This document shows, in pieces, positions 24,700 through 37,450 of a DNA stretch of 64,000 nucleotides. The notes beneath the pieces are model-generated. The model was not told the DNA's origin, did no database searches, and was given only the letters and a program-made list of their open reading frames with translations. Numbering within the stretch: position 1 is the stretch's first letter; each line of letters starts with the position of its first letter. Both the position numbers and the translations under genes were made by a program. This DNA is from Dudresnaya verticillata. Lineage: Eukaryota. The DNA lies in NCBI GenBank assembly GCA_977862235.1, contig OZ374559.1:2418001-2482000 (forward strand). Reading direction: 5' to 3'.

Positions 24700-25566
24700 A
24701 GCCCAACAGCGAGGGAGACCTGTCCCCACCGCCGGGTAGCGCGTCCTCAGCGGATGAGGCCCCCGAAACACAAGAAGAAGAAGACGACCAGCCAGATGAC
24801 GATGGCGATGGACTGCAGAGATTTGTTTCCAATTTTGTCGCGTGGCGCAACTCCATGGTCCAGGTCTGTTCAGACCGGCACGGAAAGTCCTTAGAAGAGC
24901 TGCAGAGTGACTTCTATGCTGCCACTGAATCCACGTCCGCGTCATATACCTTCTTTGCCAACGATGCTCGCTCGTGCGAACCCCTCCCGCGCGACCTCGC
25001 AGACTACGCCATCATTTCCACCCTTAAAGTGTAGGATTCCCTGGCAATACAGAACGCTGCATCTTGGCTGTTTAACATGATGGACCGCACTGGTGCTGGC
25101 CACGTCATACGGGATGATTTTGTGCGTTACGCCGCGTTTATCTGACCAGTTGCGGATGCCGCGGTTGCAGGGCTTGTGTTTGACGAGCTTGTGCGCTATC
25201 TGACCGAGCGTGCCGCAGAAGAAGAGGCGTCAGCAGCCTTGCAGGACTCCAAACAGAACGGCCCTCACTTTTGGAGGGATAGGTAACTGGAACTCGGGAG
25301 AAGAAACGAGGAAGCGCAGCCAAGCCGTTGCTGATGGCTTACATCGACGAGGACCTTTTATGGGCATGGTCAGTGCCAATAGTAATGCTGCATCCCTTGT
25401 ATCTACACATGCGGGCTATGCCATCGACTTCTTCCCCGCTGCTACCAATAGAGACTTCTGGGTCAGCAGCCTGGCAGGCGACAGGGCTCCCCTGCACGAC
25501 CTTTATCCACCAGCTGTTGCGTTGCGGTATGCGATCTGGTGCCCATTCTTTCTCTCTATTCAGTAG
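24700..25566 (+). pseudogene. Degraded EF-hand-like gene fragment (possible captured host sequence)
   Basis: Reading through the TAG at 25032 gives SWLFNMMDRTGAGHVIRDDFVRY, which resembles an EF-hand loop. Further stops and frameshifts follow. Confidence 0.4.
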
Positions 25567-25789
25567 AAGTATCTTTATCATGACTACAAGTCGCACCGCC
25601 TTCGGCGGGGGCGGCGCTGCGCGCCGGTAGACCGCGCCTTCGGCGCGGGACGGCACTGAGTGCTGGTATGATAGTCCCCGCGCCGAAGGCAGGCGCGGGG
25701 TGTAACGACGGTCGCGCGCGCACAAAAGTAAATAACCAAATTAAGAAATCACGCGCACCGCAAAGGTGTCGGCTGTAAGGAGCACCATC

Positions 25790-25809
25790 CAGCCAATCAA
25801 TGGTGAGCT

Positions 25810-25845
<36 letters not shown>

Positions 25846-26755
25846 ATTTTTTCATTGGCGCTGCGGCCGTGTATTTTAGATATAATTTCGGATGCGTAGA
25901 AACTATTGTGGCGCCAAGTGGATTTGTTGGCGCATCGATATACAAATTTGTTTATTTTTCGAGACCTTGCCGGGCTAATACTACCCTTTGGGCGGTCATA
26001 CCCCTACAAATTCTTACTATAAGGTAAACAAGGGCAACGACGCGGCGCTGCGCGCCGCTATGCGCCGTGCAACCGCGCCGAAGGCGCGACTGACTCCTGT
26101 AACCTCTGTGGCACGAAGGGATACTGTGGGATACACGCGGCGCTGCGCGCCGCTATGCGACGTGCAGGCGCGCCGAAGGCGCGACGGACTCCTGTACTCT
26201 CTGTGGCATGATACGATACTGTGGGATACCGGCAACGACGCGGCGTTGCGCGCCGCTATGCGCCGTGCAGCCGCGCCGAAGGCGCGACTGACTCCTGTAA
26301 CCTCTGCGGCACGATGGGATCCTGTGGGATACCGGGGTAGGTTCGGGTCGCTTGATAACGACAGGTGTCTTACAATTTCTTTGTAATGATATTTGTTTCC
26401 AAGCCGTCAGACCGGTGCGGTTTTAATCACATAAATTAGGAATGGAGGCGCACGGCGGGACTGTAAGATCGGTCACTGTAGCGCGGCGGCGCGTGTGTCA
26501 ATTTACTGTCAGAAAATCGGAGCGCACCAATGGGCGCGCGTTGCGGCAAAATGCAGCCAATCGGGTGGCGCGGCTTGGCGGTCAGCCAATGGGGTTGTAG
26601 CTTTGCTGCTGCTGCTGCTGCTGCTGCTGCTGATGCTGCTGCTGCTGATGCTGCTGATGCTGCTGATGCTGCTGCTGCAGCTGCTGCTGCTGCTGAATTT
26701 TTCTATTGGGCGTAAAAGGGTGAACTGGTGATATTTTTAGGCGTGCGTAGAAATA
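25790..26755. repeat. Two (GCT)n blocks with shared flanks, plus ~100-bp GC-rich tandem repeat x3
   Basis: CAGCCAAT..AGCTTT(GCT)n..TTTTT..ATTGG..GCGTAGAAA at ~25790-25905 and ~26583-26755. Units containing GCGCCGAAGGCGCG at 26032-26333. Confidence 0.85.
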
Positions 26756-29134
26756 GGTTTGGCGGCAAGGGATGGTAATGGCGGGCGGATGTTTTTTTTT
26801 ACAAATGTTTTACGTGTACGAAGCCCTCGAGGGGCCTCGTACACTGACAAATCATTACTATGGGGAGAATTACTGGCTGGCTCAATGTCAAACAACAGCT
26901 GTGTAACAACCCGGGCGAAATTCGGATCAAGTCGCAAGGTGCGTTGGATCGCAGTAATGTGTTTCCTACCATGGGAAAGCTTTACCTTAGCCAGAGGTAT
27001 CATATTTTCTTTGCAGCGGTTGGCAGGAATCGTTGTGTCGTAAGTTCAGCGGTTGTTGCAGATGTGTCCACGACAGAGATACCTGTCATGATGCGTGACT
27101 GTTTGCAAATACGTCTACAGCCTGAGAAAAAGGCAGCCATTGATGTGGTATCTGCTCTTTGTAGGGAAGAGAACGCGGAAGCAGGCTGAACATACCGAAA
27201 TGGTCGGCAAGGGCGTGCAGAGTATATCCAGCAAGACCCAGCGCTATCCCAATATTTGTGTAAGCTCATGTGGCAATTCACAGCGAGGAAGAGCCCCTTT
27301 TTTCATCCGTGTCCAAGTCAGAGAGCAATAGAAGCGCAACAATTGGGTTCATCTTACGGGGTAAATCGTAGCAGCCCAAAAACTCCACGTGCAGTTGGGC
27401 TTTGGTAGCTCGCGTCAAGTAATACCCTCGTTACATCCACAGCAGACTCAAGTGTCTGAGCTTAGCGCCAGTTCGGATACTGGAGCCGAAACAGACAAGG
27501 TTGGTCGAGAAACATCAGATATTCGCTTGCTTAACTACGCGCGTGACACGGACCCATTTCGGAACGAACCATCTCCGCCAGTTCTGGCAGTCGCGGCACA
27601 TGCTAATATTTCCCGCTGCCCATCTTTGAGGAGGGTAACAAGGAAACGGGTATTAACTTGCTGCTCTTCTCGCATGCCGAGCGGAATACCCAACTAGTCA
27701 ACTGGTACGCAGACACAGCTGTGTTGGAAATTTTATTGTGCGTCACTATTGCAGCGAACGGCCTAGTACACTACGTCCCAGCGTCCCTCTTCTTCGTGCA
27801 GGAAGCATGGATTAGGGAGACTAAATTCAAACGGCTTGGACTCGCGATGGGACACACGGAGTCGGATGATGCGAAGCGACGCCGAGCCAATCTTCTCGCA
27901 TTTGTTGCGCAAGCTCATGATACAATCGCCGCAGCCCAGAATGTTCTTGGGAGGTTGAACAGAGAGCTTAGGAAAATGCAGTTCTTATTCCTTTTGGGTT
28001 CTGGAGAATGGCAAAGCCGGGTTGCAGTCGGGGTGCTATGATGTGCAGGCCTCATTTTGCTTGCAATTCCATCGCAGACGCTGTTTTGTTGTTCTTATTC
28101 TTCATGTTCTTTAAGCACTTCCTGTCCCCTACCAGTCGGGAATTGCAATATTGGCAGGCTTTCCATCCCTTCATGGATAGAATCGCGACTGAAGACAAGC
28201 GAGAAAGGGGTTCATTAAAGACATAAGGTTGACTTCCCATTCTGTCTCAGTAGATTTACTCAACCCCCTTTTCTACTCTATCTTTTCATTGCTCTCATTT
28301 GACATTCTCACTACACGATTAACTCCTCTTCTTCTTCTTCGCTGCTTAAGGGGTTCGTGCAGCTCCACAGTTCCGCGCACACCGAACGGACAGCTCTGGC
28401 GACAGCTGTCCTAACCGCCGTCGGTTCCCGCCTGAAGTGGCGGTAGCAGTGCATGAGGAATTCGAATTCCTCCATGCACTCGCGAGCCTCCCTTAAACAG
28501 CGCTTGGCGATGTCGTGCTGGGCGCGAACATCGATGCGAAGTAGTACCAGTTGTTCGTAGGCTTGTCGGATTGAATTGCGGTTCATGGTCGATGTTGGCT
28601 GTGCACGGGGAGGGAGGTCGACTTCCATCTTTAATACTGTGGACTGTGGACTGCCGCAGACAAAGCCGGTCGCCTGGTGCAGTGGGAACCAGTACCTGAG
28701 CAGGGGTTGGGGGCGTCAAGTCAGCAGATAAGTGCTAACAGTAATGGAATGCCTTTGCTGCTCATCTACACGAGACGTCCAAGTCCTGCCATTCGCTTTG
28801 CCCTTCGCTAAAGGCAATGTTTCATTGCGCCAATGCCTCGGTCTGTGCACCTTGCACCAGAATATGCATGCGTTGGACCTCCTCGTGAAGGAATTGGGCA
28901 TGCTCGTATGTCACCGTGATGTCGTCACAGTTCATTTCTGGGGATGCAGATACCTGATACTAGGTAAAAGTTGGACAATGCAGTGGAAGGGGATTTCTGG
29001 GAGCCTTTAATATCTGGGAAGAGGAAAAGAACCCCTGATCTCTCAAAGCAAGGAAACGACAGACTACCCAATCGTTACTACCTTTTTTCTTGGTGGTAGT
29101 AGTAGTACTGCTGCTAATACCTTCACGGAGCGCC

Positions 29135-29675
29135 TCATTCGTACATTCGAGTCAAATTGTTGACCTGAACTGTGAGATGCCTGACATGCAGCAACCGCAT
29201 CTCCCTTGCGGTGTTTTCATTCATCTCTACATATCTGGTCTTGAGTAATAGACGGCAGAACCGGTCCAAATGAAAAACCTCTTCTCCAGCCCCGTGGACT
29301 GTCTCAGATATATAAGATTCCAGCAACAGAGCATTTTCCCCTGCATAGCTTCCCTCCTTCACCATTCGGACTTTTCGGCGTAGTAGGCGATACAATTCTC
29401 TAAGACTCCTTGTCTCGTTTCTGTGGTTTCGCGCTTCAGCGTGCGACAGATTCAGGCAGAAACTTTGAAAAGCTTCACTGTCCCTGCCCTAGACCAGTTC
29501 GATGCCTGATTCCCTCAAAGCTTCGTGAGCCCACTGCCTCGACTTTCGGGCCATCTTCATGGACAAACTCCCGTCAAGTGTTTTGAACATGGCATCAAGG
29601 GGATCTTCAATTGACTCGTCCTGGCATTTTCCATCGAATGGTGCCCCGTCGCGATCCACGCTAACAATAGACATG
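29135..29675 (-). pseudogene. Orphan cargo ORF with one internal stop
   Basis: ORFs 29489-29995 and 29135-29395 are in the same frame, separated by one TAG. About 180 aa from MSIVSVD; helical, no motif recognised. Confidence 0.4.
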
Positions 29676-30388
29676 GTTGGTGAACTGTTTGGTTGAATAG
29701 ACGAGGAGCGCTTTGTGCAACATGCAACAGTATCCTTGCTGCAGCAACTATGTTTTATATGACCCGTAAATCCATGTCCACGATTCTTCTGCACAAGAAT
29801 GTTACAGTTATAACGAGGAGCAAACTGACCGCAACAGTTGCGATGTTGTATTGGCGGGAAGTGCTCTGTGTCTGACGCACACTTTATTATAGTGTTACGG
29901 ATGTTGTTGGATGACGAACACGGGTTAGAACATGGAATACTATGCGCAGTTACGCTACTGTACTGTTTTAACGGAGCGGGGTCTCTTAGGGACAAATAGG
30001 GGTCGAAACGCTTGACCGTATTAACGTTATGCCTGTACGGTTCCTATTGAACACCATGGCCATGGATGGCGCTAAGGCCCTCGCGAATTATTGTTATAGC
30101 AGGGAGTGTCTGCTGAATCATCAGGGGTCGTTCCCGGTCTATCTGCACAGCTCAATACCACGCGTAAATTATGATGTCACCTGACTAATGACGTAATATA
30201 CTAATCAAACTGTTACGAAGACGACGGAAATTGATCCACAATACGACGATGCTAGTACAGAAACTGATCCCGTCACCCTGCTGTAATCCGTCAGAGGATC
30301 CAGAGACTGTCATCCGAGTAGTAGACGTACTCGTCCCCATGAAACAAAATTGTCCTATACTGTTCCGTCTGATGAACGCAGTTGTTCT

Positions 30389-30563
30389 ATTACAGGAGCA
30401 GTAAAATAATGAATGTGATAGTAGTCACAAATTGTTAGGTTGTACACTCCCACTATTAGGACACAGGAAACATACAGGAGCATTACAGGAGCAGTAAAAT
30501 AATGAATGTGATAGTAGTCACAAATTGTTAGGTTGTACACTCCCACTATTAGGACACAGGAAA
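30389..30563. repeat. 93-bp-period tandem duplication
   Basis: ATTACAGGAGCAGTAAAATAATG...GGACACAGGAAA occurs at 30389 and 30482. Confidence 0.95.
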
Positions 30564-30594
30564 TAGAACTTTATCAAACTGTTGGCTAACGCCA

Positions 30595-31467
30595 TCACTC
30601 CAATGCTTCTTTCAGATCTTGTAGCCTTTTCTTCAAGAATGGCACATGAACGCAGCACCCGGTGCTACGTCTAATCAGGTTCGCTAGGCGCCGCGGATTT
30701 TCCTCGGACTTATCTCCATCACCATCCATACATCCGCAGTGAGGGCCCTTCCCTAGGTCCAGCAGAGTCAGCCTTTCTATCCTCCGCCGCTCATAAAATT
30801 TCTTTCCTCTGTAATTGAACTTATAGTTTCCGTCGAAGTATTGCTGAGAGACGGAGAAGTCTGCACTTTCAATTCCGCTGACGGCGTACACCCTTTCATG
30901 AAACGCTTTGAAAATAGACGTGTCATAGAGACGTATTCCTAGCTCTTCCAACCCGACGATACGTATCTGACGCTGTCTTGCCCGACTGACTATACCCACA
31001 AACCTCTCCTCTCCCATACGCTCGACTGCATCCTTTAAGCTCTCTCCTTCCGAGTTCTTAAAATCGTGTAGGTTCAGGGTCTCGCCTTGTGAGTTGTCGA
31101 CTTCTTCTCTCCCTCCAGAAGCGTTGTGCGTGGACATTTTTAACAGTAGTGCTCCACGGAATAGGTGCAACCTCTGGGCATTCGCTGGAATGAGTGCGGG
31201 TGGCTGTGAAACGCCTGGTTTCGAGATTCCAGCGCTCATGATTTGTGCACAAAAGGGTGGAGAGTCCGACTTTAAGGGTGCAGGCATTTCTGCACAAATG
31301 TACAGAGAGGCATGAAGATACGCAGTGTCACCATAGTCACCCGAGACAGTTTCGGTTGGTGCCGAGTTGGCGCCAACGCGTGGTCTAACTTTGAGTGTGG
31401 ATAGCAGCTCAATACAAATTACTATACCCATACAATCGTATGACCTGCGACTCGCAACCATGCGCAT
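30595..31467 (-). CDS. Orphan cargo protein, divergent from the MTase gene
   Basis: 290-codon open frame (likely start MSTHNA at ~31137). C-terminal HCGC...GCCVH cluster could bind metal. Confidence 0.45.
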   Translation of the reverse strand: MRMVASRRSYDCMGIVICIELLSTLKVRPRVGANSAPTETVSGDYGDTAYLHASLYICAEMPAPLKSDSPPFCAQIMSAGISKPGVSQPPALIPANAQRLHLFRGALLLKMSTHNASGGREEVDNSQGETLNLHDFKNSEGESLKDAVERMGEERFVGIVSRARQRQIRIVGLEELGIRLYDTSIFKAFHERVYAVSGIESADFSVSQQYFDGNYKFNYRGKKFYERRRIERLTLLDLGKGPHCGCMDGDGDKSEENPRRLANLIRRSTGCCVHVPFLKKRLQDLKEALE

Positions 31468-31872
31468 GATTTGGTCGTGAATATCTCGCAGCCTGTTTTT
31501 CGGGTAGCATAGGACTACTGTACGGACTGCAGCCCAGATCTCTCTTGTACTGTAGACCCCCTCATAGTAGTCACACCCTGGTCGGGTTTCGCAGTCCTGA
31601 GACTGGAGAGTTTAGTACCGAGACTGTAGCATGTATCTGTCCACGATTGGTATGAGCAAAATCCATGCACAAGCGGATGAGGTCAATGACAGCGGCTGAG
31701 TCACATGGTTTTAATTTAATGCACATTCTTTCTCTCAAGCAGTGGGAAACGTGGTACATGGATGTATGGGACAAGGGCGGAAAGCTGTGTCCGACAGAGG
31801 CAGTAGTCAGAATTCATTCAGACATCTCATCCAGAACTTCGGCTTACCGGTGCACACGATAGCCTGAGAAAT

Positions 31873-34806
31873 ATGCCACCGAAAAAGAAGAAGGGAGTGG
31901 CGGTGAGATCTGTATCCAACCAAGGACAGACCTCATCAGACATAAGAGCGCCTGTATCATCTGGGAATGATAGAGTTCTGTTCGCAGATGTCGTTAATGG
32001 AGCTACGCACAAGCGAGTCGACCCTCGTCAATGTGTCCCGTTGACCTACGTCCGCCCGATCTGCAGATCGGGCGTCGAGCGATTGAAACGCATTTTCCGG
32101 GGGACCGACCGGTACAGTTCAGCGACATTGAAGTCTCCCGTGGAAGGAGCTCCGGACTCTATTGGTTACGTGGCTGGTAGTGATATGCCTGTCGTTGTGC
32201 CATTGACAGGGGCATTGAGAAGCCGTGTGTCCGATTATTTCAGGTCACAAACAAGGAAGGACTGTACGCGTCGTTCCGAGAAAGAAGTTCAGGACATTGT
32301 GAAATCGAGGGGGGAATGGTACGGAGTAGTTGATGGCATGCATAGATTGGCAGCTATTCGTGAGCTGCTTGAAGAAAACTACAACCAGTGGAAAACCTTT
32401 GACTGGCCTGTGCTGGAGCTGAACCCGCGGACCGAGCTGGTGGTCCTGAAGCAATTCGCTAGACATCAGAATCGTAAGCACGAGGCAAACTGCTTCGTGG
32501 AAACTACCCTGTATAACACATTGAAGGGTCTGAAAGATGAGGCTGATCGCCTTCAAGCGGAGGGAAATGGTATCAAGCCGACAGCAAAAGCGGTTGCGTC
32601 CGCTTACGATGGGGGTGTTCATATGCACGAGAACACAGTGAGGCAGACAGCGCAAGTAGCTTTCCGACTAAGTTATCGTGTCATCGATGCGATAGGGGAG
32701 ATAATGGGGGAAGAAATACCGCAGCTTGCATTGGCTTCACGAAATGGAAGAACTGCTAAATCAGTAGCAGACGATGCCCTGATGCCGTCGATGGACTGCC
32801 GGGTTTTCCGGAAGTTTATTACTCTGAACTCACTGAAGGCTGCCGCAGAGTTCATGCGCGCGGGCCAAATGAGTGGCGTGGTACATGATGAGAGTGTGGA
32901 AGTCCAGGTCTCGACACTCTACCGCATTCGAGAAGTATGCAGGAGGAACGGGTTCAGGCCCGTTCTTTACGGGGTCACCAAATCAGAGTTCGGGAAGGCT
33001 AAAGATGCGCTAGCAGATGTTCGCAAATTCGGAGGCCTTCGTGAATCTGAGGACTGGCCGGGTCCCATGGACACGATGCGGACAAATCTTCTGCGATCCC
33101 AAAAGTTTGATGGCGATATCATGCTTAACAGGGGCAACGACACATTGATTTTGCAATGCATTCTGGATATGTACAAGGACTGTTGCCCGGAAGAGGCCCC
33201 CCTGAAGATCCACAAGTACAATTCTGTTAGAGAAAAGAATAGAAAGGAGGGCGACGAGGAGATGGCTTTGGATCAGGAGGATTTGAATGGAATTGCCACG
33301 CGAGTGCAAGATTCGGGGTGTGTGAATTCCGATCAGGTAACGACCGTTCGAAACAAGGACCATCCCCGAGATGGACAGGAAGAACATGAACACGCATCCT
33401 CTCCTTCTGCCAATCTAGAGCCGTTACCTTGCAGTGGGGACCTTGGTTCGACCGGAGACCGTCTCTGTGACGATGCGGAAGATGTGCAGGGGTCCGCTGT
33501 AAAATCTGCAGCGACAGTGAACACGGAAAAGTCAGAGAGGCTGGCTGTACGTGGGGACAAGAATACATCTCACCACAATTTGGAAGCCGACATCCTGAAG
33601 TCGTTCAGAATAACCTGCCATCAGATGCGGTGGCAGATATTCGACAAGAATGTTCGCGAGGGTGTTGGGGACCTATACGACGCAGTTCTTACCGACACAC
33701 CGTATGGAACGCCTGCATCACAGTCCGGTGCAGGGAAGCAGTACGGCAACTATATGAGTGATTCTGAAATATCTGAGCTTGCAGAAATGTGCAGGCAATC
33801 CGTTGTGCCGGGAGGGTGGGTGTTCATGTTCGTGTCCTACCAGACATTCGAACCTATAAGGCAGGCTCTTCTCAAGGCCGGATTCATTTGCCCAACTTAC
33901 GCCTTTTCGATTGCAAAGGATACACACACGGTGCAGGAGAGGCGAGGAAATGACTGTCCCCAAAATGGCCACGAAATTGCTGTCATGGGAAGAGCCCCAG
34001 GACAACACCCCAACGGATTTAAAGTGGATCTTCGAAGCCCGTACCAATTTGTGAAGGCCTCCGAAAAGAGAAAGTTTGCATGCATGTCCCAAATTCCTGT
34101 TTCTAAGAAGAAGCTTCTTAAACCGGGTACCAAATCTCCGGTGCTTACGGAGGAGAAGAATGTTCAGCTGTTAGTGGAATTGTTGACGACCTTCTGCCCT
34201 GAGGGAGGTGCCATTCTGGACATGTATGCCTGAACGATGACAACTGCAATTGCAGCTATGCAGACTGGGAGGAAGTGCACCTGCATAGAGCAGAGTCTAC
34301 AGACGTACAGGCTTGCAGTTGCAGGCTTGAAAAGGATAGCAGGTGATCATGGAAAATTGTCGGATGGGAGGGAAGGAACACCACTGTGTGGTAGAGAGGA
34401 ACAGGCCCTGGGAGAAGACCAGGGAGCAGCTGTGGAAATTCCGCAACAGAAACGGCTGGGGAATGAGGCGGAGAAGGACTCGGATTGTATTGCAGGAGGC
34501 GATGCTGTTGTTCTGTACGTCGGGTAGAACGTTGTTGGGAAGGCAAAAGTCCAATTCGGGGCAACTTCTGAAGAAAAGGTTCGCAAGCATATTCATCTGA
34601 AGCCCCTGTCGGAATACGAAAAGGCAGGACAGGAACTCATTGCGGTTTATGCCTTCGAATGTGATTCATCCTTTACCACGTTTGCGTATCCGTATAACTT
34701 TCATGTTCCGAACGGCCGCCCTGCCACGAGCCTAGGTGGGCTAGACGGATTCTTTGCCTGGGATCTCCATGCGATGGAAGCCCACGCGCGATGCGAGCAG
34801 AAATGA
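31873..34806 (+). pseudogene. ParB-like domain + beta-class N6/N4 DNA methyltransferase fusion (~977 aa, two in-frame stops)
   Basis: N-terminal PPKKKK (NLS-like). ParB/Srx-like YGVVDGMHRLAA. Motif IV DAVLTDTPYG (DPPY-like, 33691). Motif X-I EKNVQLLVELLTTFCPEGGAILDMYA*TMTTAIAAMQTGRKCTCIE. Stops at 34231 and 34525; the frame continues to TGA at 34804-34806. Confidence 0.85.
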
Positions 34807-36029
34807 GATTAAAGCAATGTTGAGCATAAGAATCGTTCGCTTGAACAGTATGCTACGCCAGTGCGTGGTATCACAAGCCATAAGCACATGCTGCTCTTCC
34901 AAGGAGGCCATATACTGCCGCCGACAGCACCATCCCTGTACAAGTCCACAGCGCAAAAGGTGCATCCTCGCTCGGTCGCAATTACGCAGCAAGGTTTCCT
35001 TCACAAGGATCTGCAGAGTCCGACCGACGCTCTTTCAGCGCATGTGATGAATGTGGAGCGACACGGAAGATCTGCCAACAAGCCCGAGTGAGACTGCTGC
35101 ATTCACAGCCCCTATACCGTAGTACAGGTAGTAACGTATCAGCAGTACTGTAGCAGCGAGGCGGGTCACAGCACTCGAGTTCTGTGACCCGCACAGATAT
35201 GTGAAACCAGAGCTATAATTTGTAGGTGATTGTACTCGCGCAAGACACTTGCGCTTCGCTGCGGGACGAGTGTCGGTCGTTCCCAAATTACTCCAATCGT
35301 GTGAAAACCTATCACAAATTATGGAGAATGACCAACAGCTTTTCGGAAAGCCGCACGTAAATTTCTATTAAACAGGTCATGCGCATCCCGAGATCTCAAA
35401 AGCTATGATAGGTTTTACGAAAATCGAGGCCTCATGTGCTGTTCAATAGCTTTCTGAATCTCACTGGTCGAAAAGCTATCATAGGTTTTGCGATTACCTC
35501 GGGCCAAACACCTGTTTACTAGAAACTACGGTTGCTCGAGCCCAGGACCTATTCCGTATTATGGAGAATGCAAGATAGGTTTTCGGCTCGCGCGGCATAA
35601 ATCGCTCCGGATTTGTGCTACGAGATTTGTCTCGGAATACCTCTCGTAATTTACCGTCGGCGCACGAGAAGCGTTTGGCGCCCGTGCCAACCAAGCGCTT
35701 GTGGCATTCACAGTTAATGCTGAACCGACTTTCTGCGCGTGACGTTGCAAAGCGTGCAGCTTCAGCGGCAGCTTCATCGGCCTTTTCGGCGGCCCGTGGG
35801 TTTCTTCTACCGCGCATCACATCGCTAGCAGAACTTGATGGGGTGGGAGGTTGCGGCCGCGGTGGGGTGGCAGAAGGGTGGGCGGAAGGGCGGGTGCAGT
35901 CTGCCAAACGGCAGTGGGTGGGTGTGCCAGGCGGCTGCAATAGGCTGTGGTATCAGTGCAGTGCCAGGGTGGCTTTCCCTCTCCCTCTCCCGGTCGCCCT
36001 GGCATTCGCGCTTCGGTGATTTCGACACG

Positions 36030-37450
36030 TGCCCTGCTGCATGCCGCGCTTCAGCGAGTGGGTGGTATCGACAATGTTAGTGCGGCGAAGTAGGCCGGCA
36101 ATACTGCGGAGAGGTAGTTGCGGGCGGAGGGGGATGACCTGCGTGGCCTGGATGAGGTGCTTTCCGCGGAAAAGTTCGCGTCACATGATTCAGATCACGT
36201 CAGGGTGCCTGCTGCGTGCGCACGGGCTGCGATTGCGCGTATTAGAGCCCCAGACCCGCCGAGCTCTCCGCATAAGATCAACCAAGTCTGCTAGCTGTTT
36301 ATCGAGCAGCTTACTCTTATCGTCTCGCCAAAAGATGACATGGAGGTCTATCGCTTTTTGTCATTGGAGCATATGGCAACCGTCAAGACTTTTGCAATCT
36401 TCTGCGACGATGACGGCATCTTGTGTGAATTTTCTCTCTGCGCACAGTAAGGCGACAACATCACCCATGAAAGCTTGCGCGGTTGTTCCTTAACATTCTT
36501 GCGTCTCTTGACGACGAGTGCGAGGATCTGAGCGATACATTTCTGGATGCTTCGTTGGCGCCGTTGGTACCCGTTGGAATAATCATCTTCAACTGTCTAA
36601 TGAGCGGAGCGCGTTGTCAACGCGAGTGCGAAGGACCTTCAAGTCCCTCTCTGCAACATGCTGAACGCCTCTGTACAACAAATGAGAAGTTAGAGACGCA
36701 ATGGTTGTGGCAATTGGCGCGGCAGTTGAGGTCGCGAGCGACGGATTGCTAAATCATCTTGCAATACAATTGCGAGACCGGGACTATTTGCTACGAAATG
36801 CCGCTCTAAGGCAGGTCATTGGTTTCTATAATAGAAAGCTGTTTCTATAATAGAAAGCTGGGCGTGACATCCAAGCAGCGCAAAAGCCAGGAGGGTGGTA
36901 GTGTTGGTGACTCGCATACTCGAGAAGACGAAGACTTCGGCCTTGCTTTGCCAAAATCTCGTGACGAATCCGCGTCTAGCATCGATGACAGAATGGAGCG
37001 AAGAATCACAAAGAACAGAAACCCGGGTAATGCGACTTAAGTGGTTGCTTGATGTGCCTGTTCAAGCAAATACAGCACTGAGGAATGCTGGTGACAATGC
37101 CACCGCTACGGGTATTGAACACGTCATCTACGAAAAGATTCCAGGTTACAAAAGCAATGATGAGCATGTTTCCAGGGTAAGACATGTGCTGCTATGTTCC
37201 TTTCAAACCCAGAGGACAGCTGCTTCGCACACGTTATATCATTATCTCATGAACGGCAAAAGGTACGTGAAGCATTGGCGGCAATAGGCAACTACTGTCT
37301 TGCCTCTAGAAGGACCAAATATCAAGCTGCTAAGAATAGCCTATTCTTTCTCACTAAGTGGGGATGATATTTCCAACGAAACTAGCGACGTTGCCCCGGC
37401 TAAGTGTTCTAAAGGAAAAGCTCCTCCAAATAAGCCTGGTTCTTTAAAGA
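36030..37450 (+). pseudogene. Degraded unknown ORF (cargo)
   Basis: Successive protein-like frame segments (~36080-36460, 36483-36752, 36819-37287) broken by stops and frameshifts. No motif recognised. Confidence 0.25.

Noticed and set aside
25556..26731. Poly-Ala / poly-Leu ORFs
   Set aside because: Translations of (GCT)n microsatellites in several frames.
34231..34233. Programmed read-through or selenocysteine at the TGA
   Set aside because: The position requires Gly, and neighbouring genes carry many random stops, so decay is the simpler explanation.
31873..34806. Bacterial contamination or a restriction-modification operon
   Set aside because: No operon structure or cognate nuclease; NLS-like start; contiguous with eukaryotic transposons.
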